Positions 16,776 through 25,074 of a DNA stretch of 64,000 nt are shown one piece after another (position 1 is the first letter of the stretch; every line of letters begins with the position of its first letter). Origin of the DNA: an uncultured virus (IMG/VR IMGVR_UViG_3300017747_003095). Taxonomy: Duplodnaviria > Heunggongvirae > Uroviricota > Caudoviricetes. Location: the IMG/VR virus record IMGVR_UViG_3300017747_003095. One strand, written 5' to 3'. The notes under the pieces were generated by a model, which saw nothing but the letters and a program-made list of their open reading frames with translations, was not told where the DNA came from and searched no databases. Both the position numbers and the translations under genes were made by a program.

Positions 16776-16914
16776 TAAGATTGAAGAAGTACATTGTGGT
16801 ATCTCCTGAGAACGATACATTGAATTTGAACCTGCTACCATCCTCGTATTGGATGGCGCAGATCTCTCTGTTGGTTCGTGATTCGATCAGTCGGATGGCT
16901 TGAGCTAGGTTCAT
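16771..16914 (-). CDS. Small hypothetical protein (47 aa)
   Basis: MNLAQAIRLIES...IQYEDGSRFKFN; stop lies within 24-bp repeat. Confidence 0.55.
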   Translation of the reverse strand: MNLAQAIRLIESRTNREICAIQYEDGSRFKFNVSFSGDTTMYFFNLK

Positions 16915-16918
16915 GTCT

Positions 16919-17089
16919 CTATGAGTTAGGGGTTTCTTTAGGGGTGATGATATCGTATCCTACTACCTTCACATTCTTGCGATATAGGAAGTTCACGTAA
17001 TTGTCGAGATGTCTCTCGTCATTGAATGCTTTGACAAGTACATCGTACTTGCCATTTAGCTTACTGATCAGGATCTGTGCTTGGATCAT
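16919..17089 (-). CDS. Small hypothetical protein (56 aa)
   Basis: MIQAQILISKLNGK...FNDERHLDNYV. Confidence 0.55.
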   Translation of the reverse strand: MIQAQILISKLNGKYDVLVKAFNDERHLDNYVNFLYRKNVKVVGYDIITPKETPNS

Positions 17090-17262
17090 GGGTTAATTAT
17101 TTGGATGTTGTGTTGTGCGTGAATTCTGATGCCTCTCCAACTTTCGACCTTGACTCTGTTGTTGGATGTAAAGCCTACGATGACTCCTCTGTAGACATCT
17201 ACGAAGTAGCCATTCTTGGTGATTGTGGCAAGTACTTTCTGCCCGATTTCTAATTTTTCCAT
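17086..17262 (-). CDS. Small SH3/KOW-like protein
   Basis: MEKLEIGQKVL...GVIVGFT...VKV. Confidence 0.55.
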   Translation of the reverse strand: MEKLEIGQKVLATITKNGYFVDVYRGVIVGFTSNNRVKVESWRGIRIHAQHNIQIINP

Positions 17263-17281
17263 CTGTCTGTAGGTTAGGTAT

Positions 17282-17461
17282 TTATATTGGCTCAATAACA
17301 CTAAAAGATACCCAGCCTCCTCTCCAAATTTGAGAGCAATAACTAATTTGCGCTCTATTTTTTTTAGCGTCAATTGCTATAATGAAACCTACTCTACCTA
17401 CTACATTGCGACCTTTTACTCTTACTACTTGTAATCCGATTGTTGCGTCTTGAATGTTCAT
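17282..17461 (-). CDS. Small SH3-like protein (59 aa, not in ORF track)
   Basis: MNIQDATIGLQVVRVKG..VVGRVGFIIAID..KNRAQI. Confidence 0.55.
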   Translation of the reverse strand: MNIQDATIGLQVVRVKGRNVVGRVGFIIAIDAKKNRAQISYCSQIWRGGWVSFSVIEPI

Positions 17462-17493
17462 CTTTTTTGTTTTCTTGAATTTGAGTTTATAAA

Positions 17494-18177
17494 TTAAGAT
17501 ACCACGAAGCCCGTGGTATCTTTTCTTGCTTTGCCTTTTGCCTTCAGCCCTAGGATGCCTCCCTGAATGTCTAGCATCAGGTCATCTCTGCTGTCCCCAT
17601 CGTATACCTTGAAACCATTCCATGTCTCAGGAAGTTCGTTGAATACCACAGCAGCGATCCCGCCATTGTTCAGGTGAGATAGCACATCGCTCTCGTTTAC
17701 TTCCGATCTAGACAAGGTCACCACATATCGGTGACCTGATGCTAGGATGCGCTCTCCTGCCTTCGATGGGATCTTTGTGTAGTCATAGAAGACAATGTTG
17801 CTTTCGATGTGGCGCATCGTACCAACAGCCCATTCTACGATCTTGATGTCGGATGTCCCATTCAAGCGGATCGCAATCTCTTGTCCGGCATTCTTCTTTG
17901 CATAGGCATTCATCTCATCGATGATCTGATTAGTGAACATGCTTCGGTCAGATAGCATCGCCTCAGTACGTTTGATACGGGCATTCGCAACATTCGCAAA
18001 TGCACCACGACCTGCGGTGAATAGACATGCAGCCACACATCCTGCGGATGCCTTCGGGCACAAGTTGATCCCTTTGCTATTCTGTGTGAACGGCGCAAGG
18101 TATAGGATGAAAGATTTGCGATTGTTCTTCGCTGTCTTAGCGTTTGTTGATCCGTCTGATAAGAATTTGGTCTTCAT
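17494..18177 (-). CDS. GP88-family phage protein
   Basis: LYLAP...NLCP.AS.GC..ACL..AGRG, RLNGTSD, FYDYTK, DGD..D, GLKAKG. Confidence 0.8.
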   Translation of the reverse strand: MKTKFLSDGSTNAKTAKNNRKSFILYLAPFTQNSKGINLCPKASAGCVAACLFTAGRGAFANVANARIKRTEAMLSDRSMFTNQIIDEMNAYAKKNAGQEIAIRLNGTSDIKIVEWAVGTMRHIESNIVFYDYTKIPSKAGERILASGHRYVVTLSRSEVNESDVLSHLNNGGIAAVVFNELPETWNGFKVYDGDSRDDLMLDIQGGILGLKAKGKARKDTTGFVVS

Positions 18178-18189
18178 GATATTAGAGAA

Positions 18190-18414
18190 TTAGAGTTGAG
18201 AGATTTTAGAAATGAGTCTGATCTTGATTTGGTTGAAGGTATTGGATGAGTCGACATATTTTTTTCCGCTCATCTTAGGCATCTGCTCGGCATAGAACAA
18301 CAGCGAGTAGAATTCATCTAGGATTTCGAAATGTTCAGGATTGCGCTCAACATTGAAGTTGATCAAGCTAGTGAGGGTCTCACTGATCGATTTTTTTGTG
18401 ATTTCTTCGTTCAT
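18190..18414 (-). CDS. Hypothetical early protein
   Basis: 74-aa ORF. Confidence 0.55.
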   Translation of the reverse strand: MNEEITKKSISETLTSLINFNVERNPEHFEILDEFYSLLFYAEQMPKMSGKKYVDSSNTFNQIKIRLISKISQL

Positions 18415-18416
18415 GA

Positions 18417-18671
18417 TTACAAGATTTTCTCGATTTGTTTCTGTTGGTTCTTTGGTAGTTCGTAGAGGTGATTGAGGTATCGGTCGAAGACCTCCTCACA
18501 TTGTCTGTCTAGCTTTCTGACCGATCTCTCATCGCCATTGTTGTCGGCAACATTTCGTAGATCGTTCAGGTGATTGTATCTGTCCAATGCTTTCAGGCAT
18601 CTATTGACAGTCGTTTGATTCTTGGGGTTGATTGCCTTCATGACTAGAATAGTTGATTTGGTTTGTTCCAT
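18417..18671 (-). CDS. Hypothetical early protein
   Basis: 84-aa helical ORF. Confidence 0.6.
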   Translation of the reverse strand: MEQTKSTILVMKAINPKNQTTVNRCLKALDRYNHLNDLRNVADNNGDERSVRKLDRQCEEVFDRYLNHLYELPKNQQKQIEKIL

Positions 18672-18814
18672 GTTCTGATGATCAAAGAGATGCCGAAAAC
18701 ATCAGCAAATGCTGATGAATACATGCACAGATCGATGTTCTGAGTTACTAGTGACAACATCATTAGCACTACATTGAAGAAGAAAAGGAAGAATAGAATG
18801 CGATTGGCTTTCAT
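18644..18814 (-). CDS. Small membrane protein, first ORF of the early transcript
   Basis: MKANRILFFLFFFNVVLMMLSLV... Confidence 0.5.
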   Translation of the reverse strand: MKANRILFFLFFFNVVLMMLSLVTQNIDLCMYSSAFADVFGISLIIRTWNKPNQLF

Positions 18815-18830
18815 GGTTTCTAAGATTTAG

Positions 18831-18887
18831 TGAGAGCAGAGGGACTCGAACCCTCGATGTATATACATTGCGCCTTGCTTACTCTCA
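18831..18887 (-). ncRNA. tRNA-like element copy B
   Basis: TGAGAGTA-AGCAAGGCGCA-ATGTA-TA-TACAT-C-GAGGG-TTCGAGT-CCCTC-TGCTCTCA. Confidence 0.7.
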
Positions 18888-18894
18888 TCGTGTG

Positions 18895-19238
18895 ATTTTT
18901 ACATGCATCATTAACAACACAGCATGTCTATTTATTGGATATGACCCCTTCCCTTTTAGAGCCCAATTGCCAAGCATTTCTGCCATCGGTTAAGAGCTAA
19001 CCCCATAAATCTTTAATTCACTTGGAGTCCATCGTTTACATTGCTTGCTTATGATTGCACTGCGAATGGCATCACTACTGAGGATGCATCGGCTGATTTA
19101 ACAGCATGCGTTAGAGTCGCATCCCTCTGCTGTCTGAATCAACTCTGTAGCATGCTGTCATCACGACATGAGCTACAAGGAAGAGACGAAACAAACAAGT
19201 AAAGAACGAGTGCCCTGATGAGTGACTCATCGTTTGGA
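18895..19238 (-). ncRNA. Candidate long structured leader/ncRNA of early transcript
   Basis: No ORF of 60 aa or more; several hairpins (GGTTA/TAACC, GCA-GAAA-TGC, ACATGC/GCATGT, TGTAGC/GCTACA, TGATTCA-GACAGC...GCTGT-TAAATCA). Confidence 0.45.
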
Positions 19239-19243
19239 CAGCA

Positions 19244-19274
19244 CGAAAGTACAACCATTTATTGGATTAGCAAA
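19244..19274 (-). promoter_or_regulatory. Main leftward early promoter (Bacteroidota -33/-7)
   Basis: TTTG-N19-TACTTTCG, near consensus TTTG-N19-TAnnTTTG. Confidence 0.65.
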
Positions 19275-19598
19275 TAAAATAAAACGTAGTGATACCAAGG
19301 GTTACAGAGGACTGACCCTTGTAAGCTATTGTTTATCAGTACTTTACGAAGGTGTAAAATAATGAAAAATAAATTAGTCGAAAATGTAACTACCTGATTA
19401 TCAATACCATTATTTTCATCTAGCTTATTTTAGCCTATTTTATTTGCTTATACATATATATGCTAAAGGAGATGACGTATTTCTAGTCATATGACGAGTT
19501 TATTGTCATCGTCAATTTAGTCGTTTTAAAGCGATTTAAGCGACTTTAGGGTCAAAATGAGGGTGTAGTATCACCCATGCCGAGATCGTCGATTTGCC

Positions 19599-20183
19599 CT
19601 ATTTTACTGGTGGTTCAGCTAGGTTATAAGTACGGATCAACTCGGAAGGTATCCTTCGGGCTATGATGTCCATGTTGTCAGGAATTTTGGCATGGATCGG
19701 TTTCAACTTGAGCGCAGCATAGTCTTGGGTGATGAATCTGCTCAGGGGTTCACAATGGTACGCTGCAAGACTCGCAGGGAGCATGAACGATGCAGTCCTA
19801 TACTTTCCATGCTTCATGCTTTTCATGGTCTTCTCAGTATAGATGATACCATAGGAGCGCAGAGTGATCTGTTGTTCTTTCTCGGTGATGTTGCGCAGAG
19901 CTAGCAAGTAGTCATTGTTACTAAATGCCAATTGACATACATGATCAATTTCCTGAATAATACGTGCATAAGTCGCTGATTGTGAGCGAGTTCGCTGCAA
20001 TTTTCTAAAGTAATAGCGACTACTAGAAGGTGGTTTTGCGATGGTTCTCAGGAGGGGTCTATCTTCCTGAAAGCCTCGTCCCCGTTGGATTTCAGCGATT
20101 ATGGCTGTTTCTTCTTCAAGGCAGTACAAAAGATCACCGATTGGTGTTGGGATATCCTGCCATATGCTAGTGATTTCGGGCAT
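19599..20183 (-). CDS. Hypothetical protein
   Basis: 194-aa ORF, no recognisable motif. Confidence 0.45.
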   Translation of the reverse strand: MPEITSIWQDIPTPIGDLLYCLEEETAIIAEIQRGRGFQEDRPLLRTIAKPPSSSRYYFRKLQRTRSQSATYARIIQEIDHVCQLAFSNNDYLLALRNITEKEQQITLRSYGIIYTEKTMKSMKHGKYRTASFMLPASLAAYHCEPLSRFITQDYAALKLKPIHAKIPDNMDIIARRIPSELIRTYNLAEPPVK

Positions 20184-20606
20184 TGTAGGTGTATTGGTAT
20201 GTGTTACTACTATAAATGGATCGCTGTGTTACATTATGTTGGTAGTGTAACGGGCTGAACCCTGCATGGCTGTAGGGCTGGATGCCAATCGACTAGAGCA
20301 GAGTAATGGGTGCATTGGTCTTGATTTAAATGGATGCAGCGACTACTAACTACCTGCATCCAGCGATTACGTAGGGCTACAGCAGAAAAGGGGATGGGGG
20401 GCATGTTCCGATGCTTCCACTGCCGCCCCCGCCCGGCGTAACCCACCCCCTCTCGTAAAAATTATTAATCTACTAATCAGAGCATTAAGTGATTGTGAAT
20501 AAATAGCTCCAGGCATAGCGACGCCCTTTATATCAAAGGAGTTCTGGCTCATTGTAATCATTGCTACATCGTTTTTGAGGTATTGCAAATTTAATAATTT
20601 CATAGA

Positions 20607-20614
20607 TACATTTG
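20607..20614 (+). promoter_or_regulatory. Rightward promoter -7 element for replication operon
   Basis: TACATTTG with TTG 21 nt upstream. Confidence 0.6.
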
Positions 20615-20742
20615 TGGTTCTCGCTCATTGGGTGGAATCGAAGAGCTGGAATAAAGACCTTAACGCCCCTTTTTAATTGACCCGGTGCCCTCAAAAGCAA
20701 CGATTCCAACAGTTAGATCGGGGCTTATTTTTTCGACAATAT

Positions 20743-21705
20743 ATGGACAAAAAAGAAACAATGGTCCTGTACGTTTCGCACTACGAGGCCATCAAAACGC
20801 TGCCTGAAAAAGAGCAACTCATTACCCTAAAATCGATCATCGAGTACTCACTTTACGGAATTATTCCTGAATTAAGCGGAATTCCTAACCTAGTTTTCTC
20901 TATGGCGAGGCCGAATATCGATGCCTCAAATAAGCGAAGAGATGCCAGCCGAGCAAATGGCGTGAAAGGTGGGCCACACGGGGAAAAGGGAGGAAGACCG
21001 AAGAGTCAAGAAACCCCTACCATAACCCCTAGCGAAACCCCTAACATAACCCCTAATAAACCCCAACAAGAACCCCTAGAGAAACCCCAAACCAAACCCC
21101 TAGCAAAACCCCTTAATGTAAATGTAAAGGAGAATGTAAATGCAAATGTGAATGTGAATGTGAAAGCGAATGCAAAAGACAAAAAAAAATTAATTGAAAA
21201 AAAAAGCAATTTTGAGGTTTTGGAAACCAGTGCTGAACAGATTCCCAAAAGCCAACCCGCCGAGGTAGCTGAGGGCGCACCGACAAAAACCTTCCGGCAG
21301 TGGGCTAAGGCCGACCTCGCATCGGCTATCCAGCCACATGTCGCCAAGCATGGCCGAGACCTGTGCAACGACTTCTTCGCCTACTGGGCTGAGCCGACAG
21401 CCAACGGCAAGATTCGCGTCAACCTCGAAACGGCTTGGGACACCGCCAGAAGGCTGGGGACTTGGCGGAGGAATAACTTCTCAAAGCCTACTCAGTCAAG
21501 CGCAGCAGCAGCCCAGATACCCATCCCAAGATTCAAATCACAGCCCGAGGCAGAGCAGTGGGTCATCGACACCCATTACCACGGCAGACGTGAGCTTTCA
21601 GCCCTTGGCATGGGGATTTCCCTGACCACCGAGGACGGACAGCCGAGACCCATCGAGGACATCCGCAAAGAGGTCGAAATTCACATGACCTCATACCAGC
21701 TCTAG
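20743..21705 (+). CDS. Replication initiator (DUF6291-like N-terminus, lambda O-type organisation)
   Basis: VLYxSxYEAIxxL...IIEYSLYG..P....VF....NID.S...NG.KGGRP; internal iterons; C-terminal FFAYWAE...W...RL.TW. Confidence 0.75.
   Translation: MDKKETMVLYVSHYEAIKTLPEKEQLITLKSIIEYSLYGIIPELSGIPNLVFSMARPNIDASNKRRDASRANGVKGGPHGEKGGRPKSQETPTITPSETPNITPNKPQQEPLEKPQTKPLAKPLNVNVKENVNANVNVNVKANAKDKKKLIEKKSNFEVLETSAEQIPKSQPAEVAEGAPTKTFRQWAKADLASAIQPHVAKHGRDLCNDFFAYWAEPTANGKIRVNLETAWDTARRLGTWRRNNFSKPTQSSAAAAQIPIPRFKSQPEAEQWVIDTHYHGRRELSALGMGISLTTEDGQPRPIEDIRKEVEIHMTSYQL
21010..21165 (+). repeat. Iterons (nine ~12-bp AACCCC units) plus AATGTR hexamer tract: probable replication origin
   Basis: gaaacccctacc ataacccctagc gaaacccctaac ataacccctaat ... 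then aatgta/aatgtg repeats inside initiator gene. Confidence 0.75.
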
Positions 21706-21709
21706 GCCC

Positions 21710-23863
21710 ATGAAAGACAGAGCAAAACAATTGATTTCACTGGGATTCTCAGTGATCCCTGTGGACAGCCTAAAGCGCCCAATGGTCGCCTTCAAACGCA
21801 ACGGCTACACCCAAAACCTGCCAGGGTCTGAGCTTGACCTGATGTTCGACAAGAGCCATGGCATCGCAATCATTGCCGGGAAAGTCTCTAGAAACCTTAT
21901 CTGCATTGACGTTGACCTGAAATACGACCTCACCAAAACCCTCATGCCACGGCTCAAGGAGCGTATCCGAGAAACCATCCCTGATTTCTTCCAAAAAGCA
22001 GTCGTACAGCAAACACAGTCAGGAGGTTACCACCTGATTTTTACCTGCGATAGTTCGGTCACGATTCCCGGAAACAAAAAACTGGCTATGCGCCAGTCAA
22101 CAGACGAGGAACTCTCTGAGGATAAGCGCAATAACTCAAAACTCACCCGCTCAGAACGGGTCCTGATCGAGACCAGAGGGGAGGGGGGATATTTTTTGGT
22201 GGACCCAAGTCCGAACTACCACCTCGTTAAAAATTCATTTGACACCATCGGCGCACTCTCTCATGACGAATTAGATGCCGTATTTGCCACCTGCCGTTCG
22301 TTTTCCGAGATCTTCTATGACGAATCGACCTTAGCTATACCCCGCCCTGAGATCGTGCGTCAGAAGGCTTCTAATGAGATTTCGCCTTGGGATGATTACA
22401 ACCAAAAGAACACAGGCATCGATATCCTTGAGCTATACGGCTGGAAGTCAACGGGTTACATAAATAATACCACCATAAAACTACTCCGTCCCGGTAAATC
22501 TAACTCCGGTGAGCATTCGGCGTACTACCACACCGACACAAATCGGCTGGTTGTGTTTAGCACCTCTACACCGTTCGAGACCGAGGCCAATGGAAAGGTT
22601 CCCTCGTACACCGCCTTTGCTATATATGCCATCTACGAGCACAACGGTGATTATCATAAGGCCATACTAGCACTAAGGGACGAGGGGTACGGATCTAAAG
22701 GCTATGACAAGATCCCTGAATCCAGGAGTGTGCTCAGACCGAAAGACCTAGCCCATGGTAGCAATGACGACCATTCGCTAGGCGATCCTAACAATACCAA
22801 CGAGGAGATCTCCAAGTACATCGGGGACTTCAATAACGCTGTCGGGTATCTCAACATGGCTAGGAGTAATTCGCTTCCTGAGGGGCTTAAGTTTGGCTAT
22901 GAGCTTCTTGACAAGCATTGGCGCTTAAAGAAAGGGCAGCTCAACATCGTCCACGGTCTAGCCAACGTAGGTAAGTCGACGTTCATGTGGTATCTGGCCG
23001 TGCTCAGCGCGATAGCCCATGGCTGGAAATGGGTTATCTATACCGGAGAGAATGACTACGAGTTTGTGATCCGTCGTATGATGGAGACCTACATCGGAAA
23101 GCAGCTGCACCTGTTCACTAGCAAAGAGTGGGACGAGTCAGAACTGTTTATCCGCACCCACTTTGTTTTCATCACCAATGAGTTTACTTACTCGTTCCGG
23201 GATATCCTAGACATTGCCGAGAAACTCAGGAATGATTCGTTCTACTTCGACGCACTTATGATCGACCCGTACAACTCATTAGTTGTCGATGATACTATCG
23301 CCAAAAGCATCAGCAAGCTATCGGGTAGTAAACACGATTACGATTATGCTGCAACTACCGAGATCAGGGTGTTCTGCCGAAAGACTGGTGCTAGTGTGTT
23401 CCTGAACGTCCACACCGGAACAGAGGGCGCTAGGCGTGTCAACCGCGAGCCGAAAAACCCACCTAGGATGTACGAGGTTGAGGGTGGTAATAAGTTCGCC
23501 GCTAGGGCCGATGACTTTATCACCGTGCACCGTAACACCAAGGACGAGGACTCATGGATGTTTACCGAGGTACACGTCGACAAGGTAAAGACCCAGGAAA
23601 CAGGCGGTCGGCCGACACCAGAGGCTAGTCCTATCGTAATGAGATTCGTGCCCGAGCGTGGCAGGATTCTGGCGCTACACGAAGGCTTCCACAGGTTTGA
23701 TATCATTGACTACCATAAGACAGGACAGGGCCTTAAAGCCGAGCGAGACAGGGCCCTTACGCAGGAGAACTACGCCACACCTAACTCACCCGCGATGTCC
23801 ACGGCTAGAGAAGAAGTAAAAAATTATTTTTTGTCTGACGAAGAGGATGATGCACCATTTTAA
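21710..23863 (+). CDS. Prim-Pol primase / SF4-type helicase fusion
   Basis: GFSVIPV...ICIDVD...TQSGGYHL...ETRGEGGY; Walker A GLANVGKS; MIDPYN; acidic DDAPF tail. Confidence 0.88.
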   Translation: MKDRAKQLISLGFSVIPVDSLKRPMVAFKRNGYTQNLPGSELDLMFDKSHGIAIIAGKVSRNLICIDVDLKYDLTKTLMPRLKERIRETIPDFFQKAVVQQTQSGGYHLIFTCDSSVTIPGNKKLAMRQSTDEELSEDKRNNSKLTRSERVLIETRGEGGYFLVDPSPNYHLVKNSFDTIGALSHDELDAVFATCRSFSEIFYDESTLAIPRPEIVRQKASNEISPWDDYNQKNTGIDILELYGWKSTGYINNTTIKLLRPGKSNSGEHSAYYHTDTNRLVVFSTSTPFETEANGKVPSYTAFAIYAIYEHNGDYHKAILALRDEGYGSKGYDKIPESRSVLRPKDLAHGSNDDHSLGDPNNTNEEISKYIGDFNNAVGYLNMARSNSLPEGLKFGYELLDKHWRLKKGQLNIVHGLANVGKSTFMWYLAVLSAIAHGWKWVIYTGENDYEFVIRRMMETYIGKQLHLFTSKEWDESELFIRTHFVFITNEFTYSFRDILDIAEKLRNDSFYFDALMIDPYNSLVVDDTIAKSISKLSGSKHDYDYAATTEIRVFCRKTGASVFLNVHTGTEGARRVNREPKNPPRMYEVEGGNKFAARADDFITVHRNTKDEDSWMFTEVHVDKVKTQETGGRPTPEASPIVMRFVPERGRILALHEGFHRFDIIDYHKTGQGLKAERDRALTQENYATPNSPAMSTAREEVKNYFLSDEEDDAPF

Positions 23864-23867
23864 TTTA

Positions 23868-23875
23868 TATATTTG
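23868..23875 (+). promoter_or_regulatory. -7 promoter element
   Basis: TATATTTG intergenic. Confidence 0.55.
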
Positions 23876-23896
23876 CACGAGCAAAACCCAAAACCA

Positions 23897-24280
23897 ATGG
23901 CAGCAAACCAGTTACTGTTCATACCGTGCTCTATCGAGAACGTATCGACAAGAAAAGACAAGACCCTAAAGATAACAATCGGCACCCAGGAGCTTACCCC
24001 TGACAAGACCGCTAGCCTGATGACCCTATGGGCCAGTGGCTACGGTGTTATGTGCTTCAAAGGTGAGCAGTTCTCACACGATGAGCAGGAGATAATAAGC
24101 TCGATTAAGTTATCCGCACAAGACTTAGGAGCTAAGACCCCTTCAGAGAGGTTAAGGAACACCTTATACGTCCTGTTCAAGGACGACAGCAAGGGTTTCC
24201 AGACATTCGACGCATTCTATCTCCACCACATGGAAGAGGTAATCAACATGATCAAACGCAGACTAGACAAAAGAGTATGA
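23897..24280 (+). CDS. Conserved phage hypothetical protein
   Basis: STRKDKTLKITIGTQEL...KTPSERLRNTLY. Confidence 0.7.
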   Translation: MAANQLLFIPCSIENVSTRKDKTLKITIGTQELTPDKTASLMTLWASGYGVMCFKGEQFSHDEQEIISSIKLSAQDLGAKTPSERLRNTLYVLFKDDSKGFQTFDAFYLHHMEEVINMIKRRLDKRV

Positions 24281-24495
24281 AAAAAACAGCGGTACAATGG
24301 CTGGTTGAGCAAGTAAACTCAGACTGCCTAAACTCTTCCTTCATAAGACCTGACCTAATCAAACAAGCAGAGGCAATGGAGAAGGAAAACAGTGAGATTT
24401 CTTTCTTTGCAGGATATAACTACGAACGTGGGCATCCTATTGACGAACACGAAAAATTTTACAACGAAACATTCACCAAACCCGAATCAAAATGA
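24277..24495 (+). CDS. Small phage protein (TAVxWL...AMEKE family)
   Basis: MKKTAVQWLVEQ...AEAMEKE...YNETF. Confidence 0.7.
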   Translation: MKKTAVQWLVEQVNSDCLNSSFIRPDLIKQAEAMEKENSEISFFAGYNYERGHPIDEHEKFYNETFTKPESK

Positions 24496-24740
24496 AAACG
24501 ATCAAAGAAGTTTACAGCGGATTTATCCGCCTTACGAGCAACACAAGAAAAGGCACCTTTAACATTGGAACCTACGATCAGGTGGTTGAAAACACTAGCA
24601 TTACAGACCACCTAGGCTGTAAGTTGTCGGTTAGTGAGATACTAGAAGAACGTCCAGCTAGAGGTAACTTTTCCGATACCCCTCCGACGGTGTATGTCAT
24701 CAAGGCAAAGATCACTTATCGACCTGAACTAAAAGAATAA
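24492..24740 (+). CDS. Hypothetical protein
   Basis: Coupled ORF. Confidence 0.6.
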   Translation: MKTIKEVYSGFIRLTSNTRKGTFNIGTYDQVVENTSITDHLGCKLSVSEILEERPARGNFSDTPPTVYVIKAKITYRPELKE

Positions 24741-24750
24741 AACCTATACT

Positions 24751-25074
24751 ATGGCGGTAACCAAAAATAGGCTCGGCATAGAGGATCAGTGCAGGTTAAT
24801 TTTCGAAACCAAGAAGGGGAACAATATGCTTTTTACCTTTATGTACATCCCTGAGAATCCAAAGAGGCCTGTGTTCGACTGTAGTGATTACATCTACGAG
24901 CTGATGAACGCAGAAACCGGGGAGAAGTATCTTATGACAGGAGAGAAGTATGACAGTCATGTCAGGAATGGGAACTTTCATTCCATCAAGCAAACCAAAA
25001 GATACGAGGATCTTATCGACACCCTGGCAAAGGAGTCGATGATCAAAGTAATCTACATAGCAAAAGACTTATGA
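24751..25074 (+). CDS. Hypothetical protein
   Basis: 107-aa ORF. Confidence 0.6.
   Translation: MAVTKNRLGIEDQCRLIFETKKGNNMLFTFMYIPENPKRPVFDCSDYIYELMNAETGEKYLMTGEKYDSHVRNGNFHSIKQTKRYEDLIDTLAKESMIKVIYIAKDL

Noticed and set aside
19215..19252. Hammerhead ribozyme-like CTGATGA...GAAA on + strand
   Set aside because: A short stem II (GTG/CAC) is possible but no stem I/III partners were found; the bases are explained by the palindrome and the minus-strand -7 promoter element
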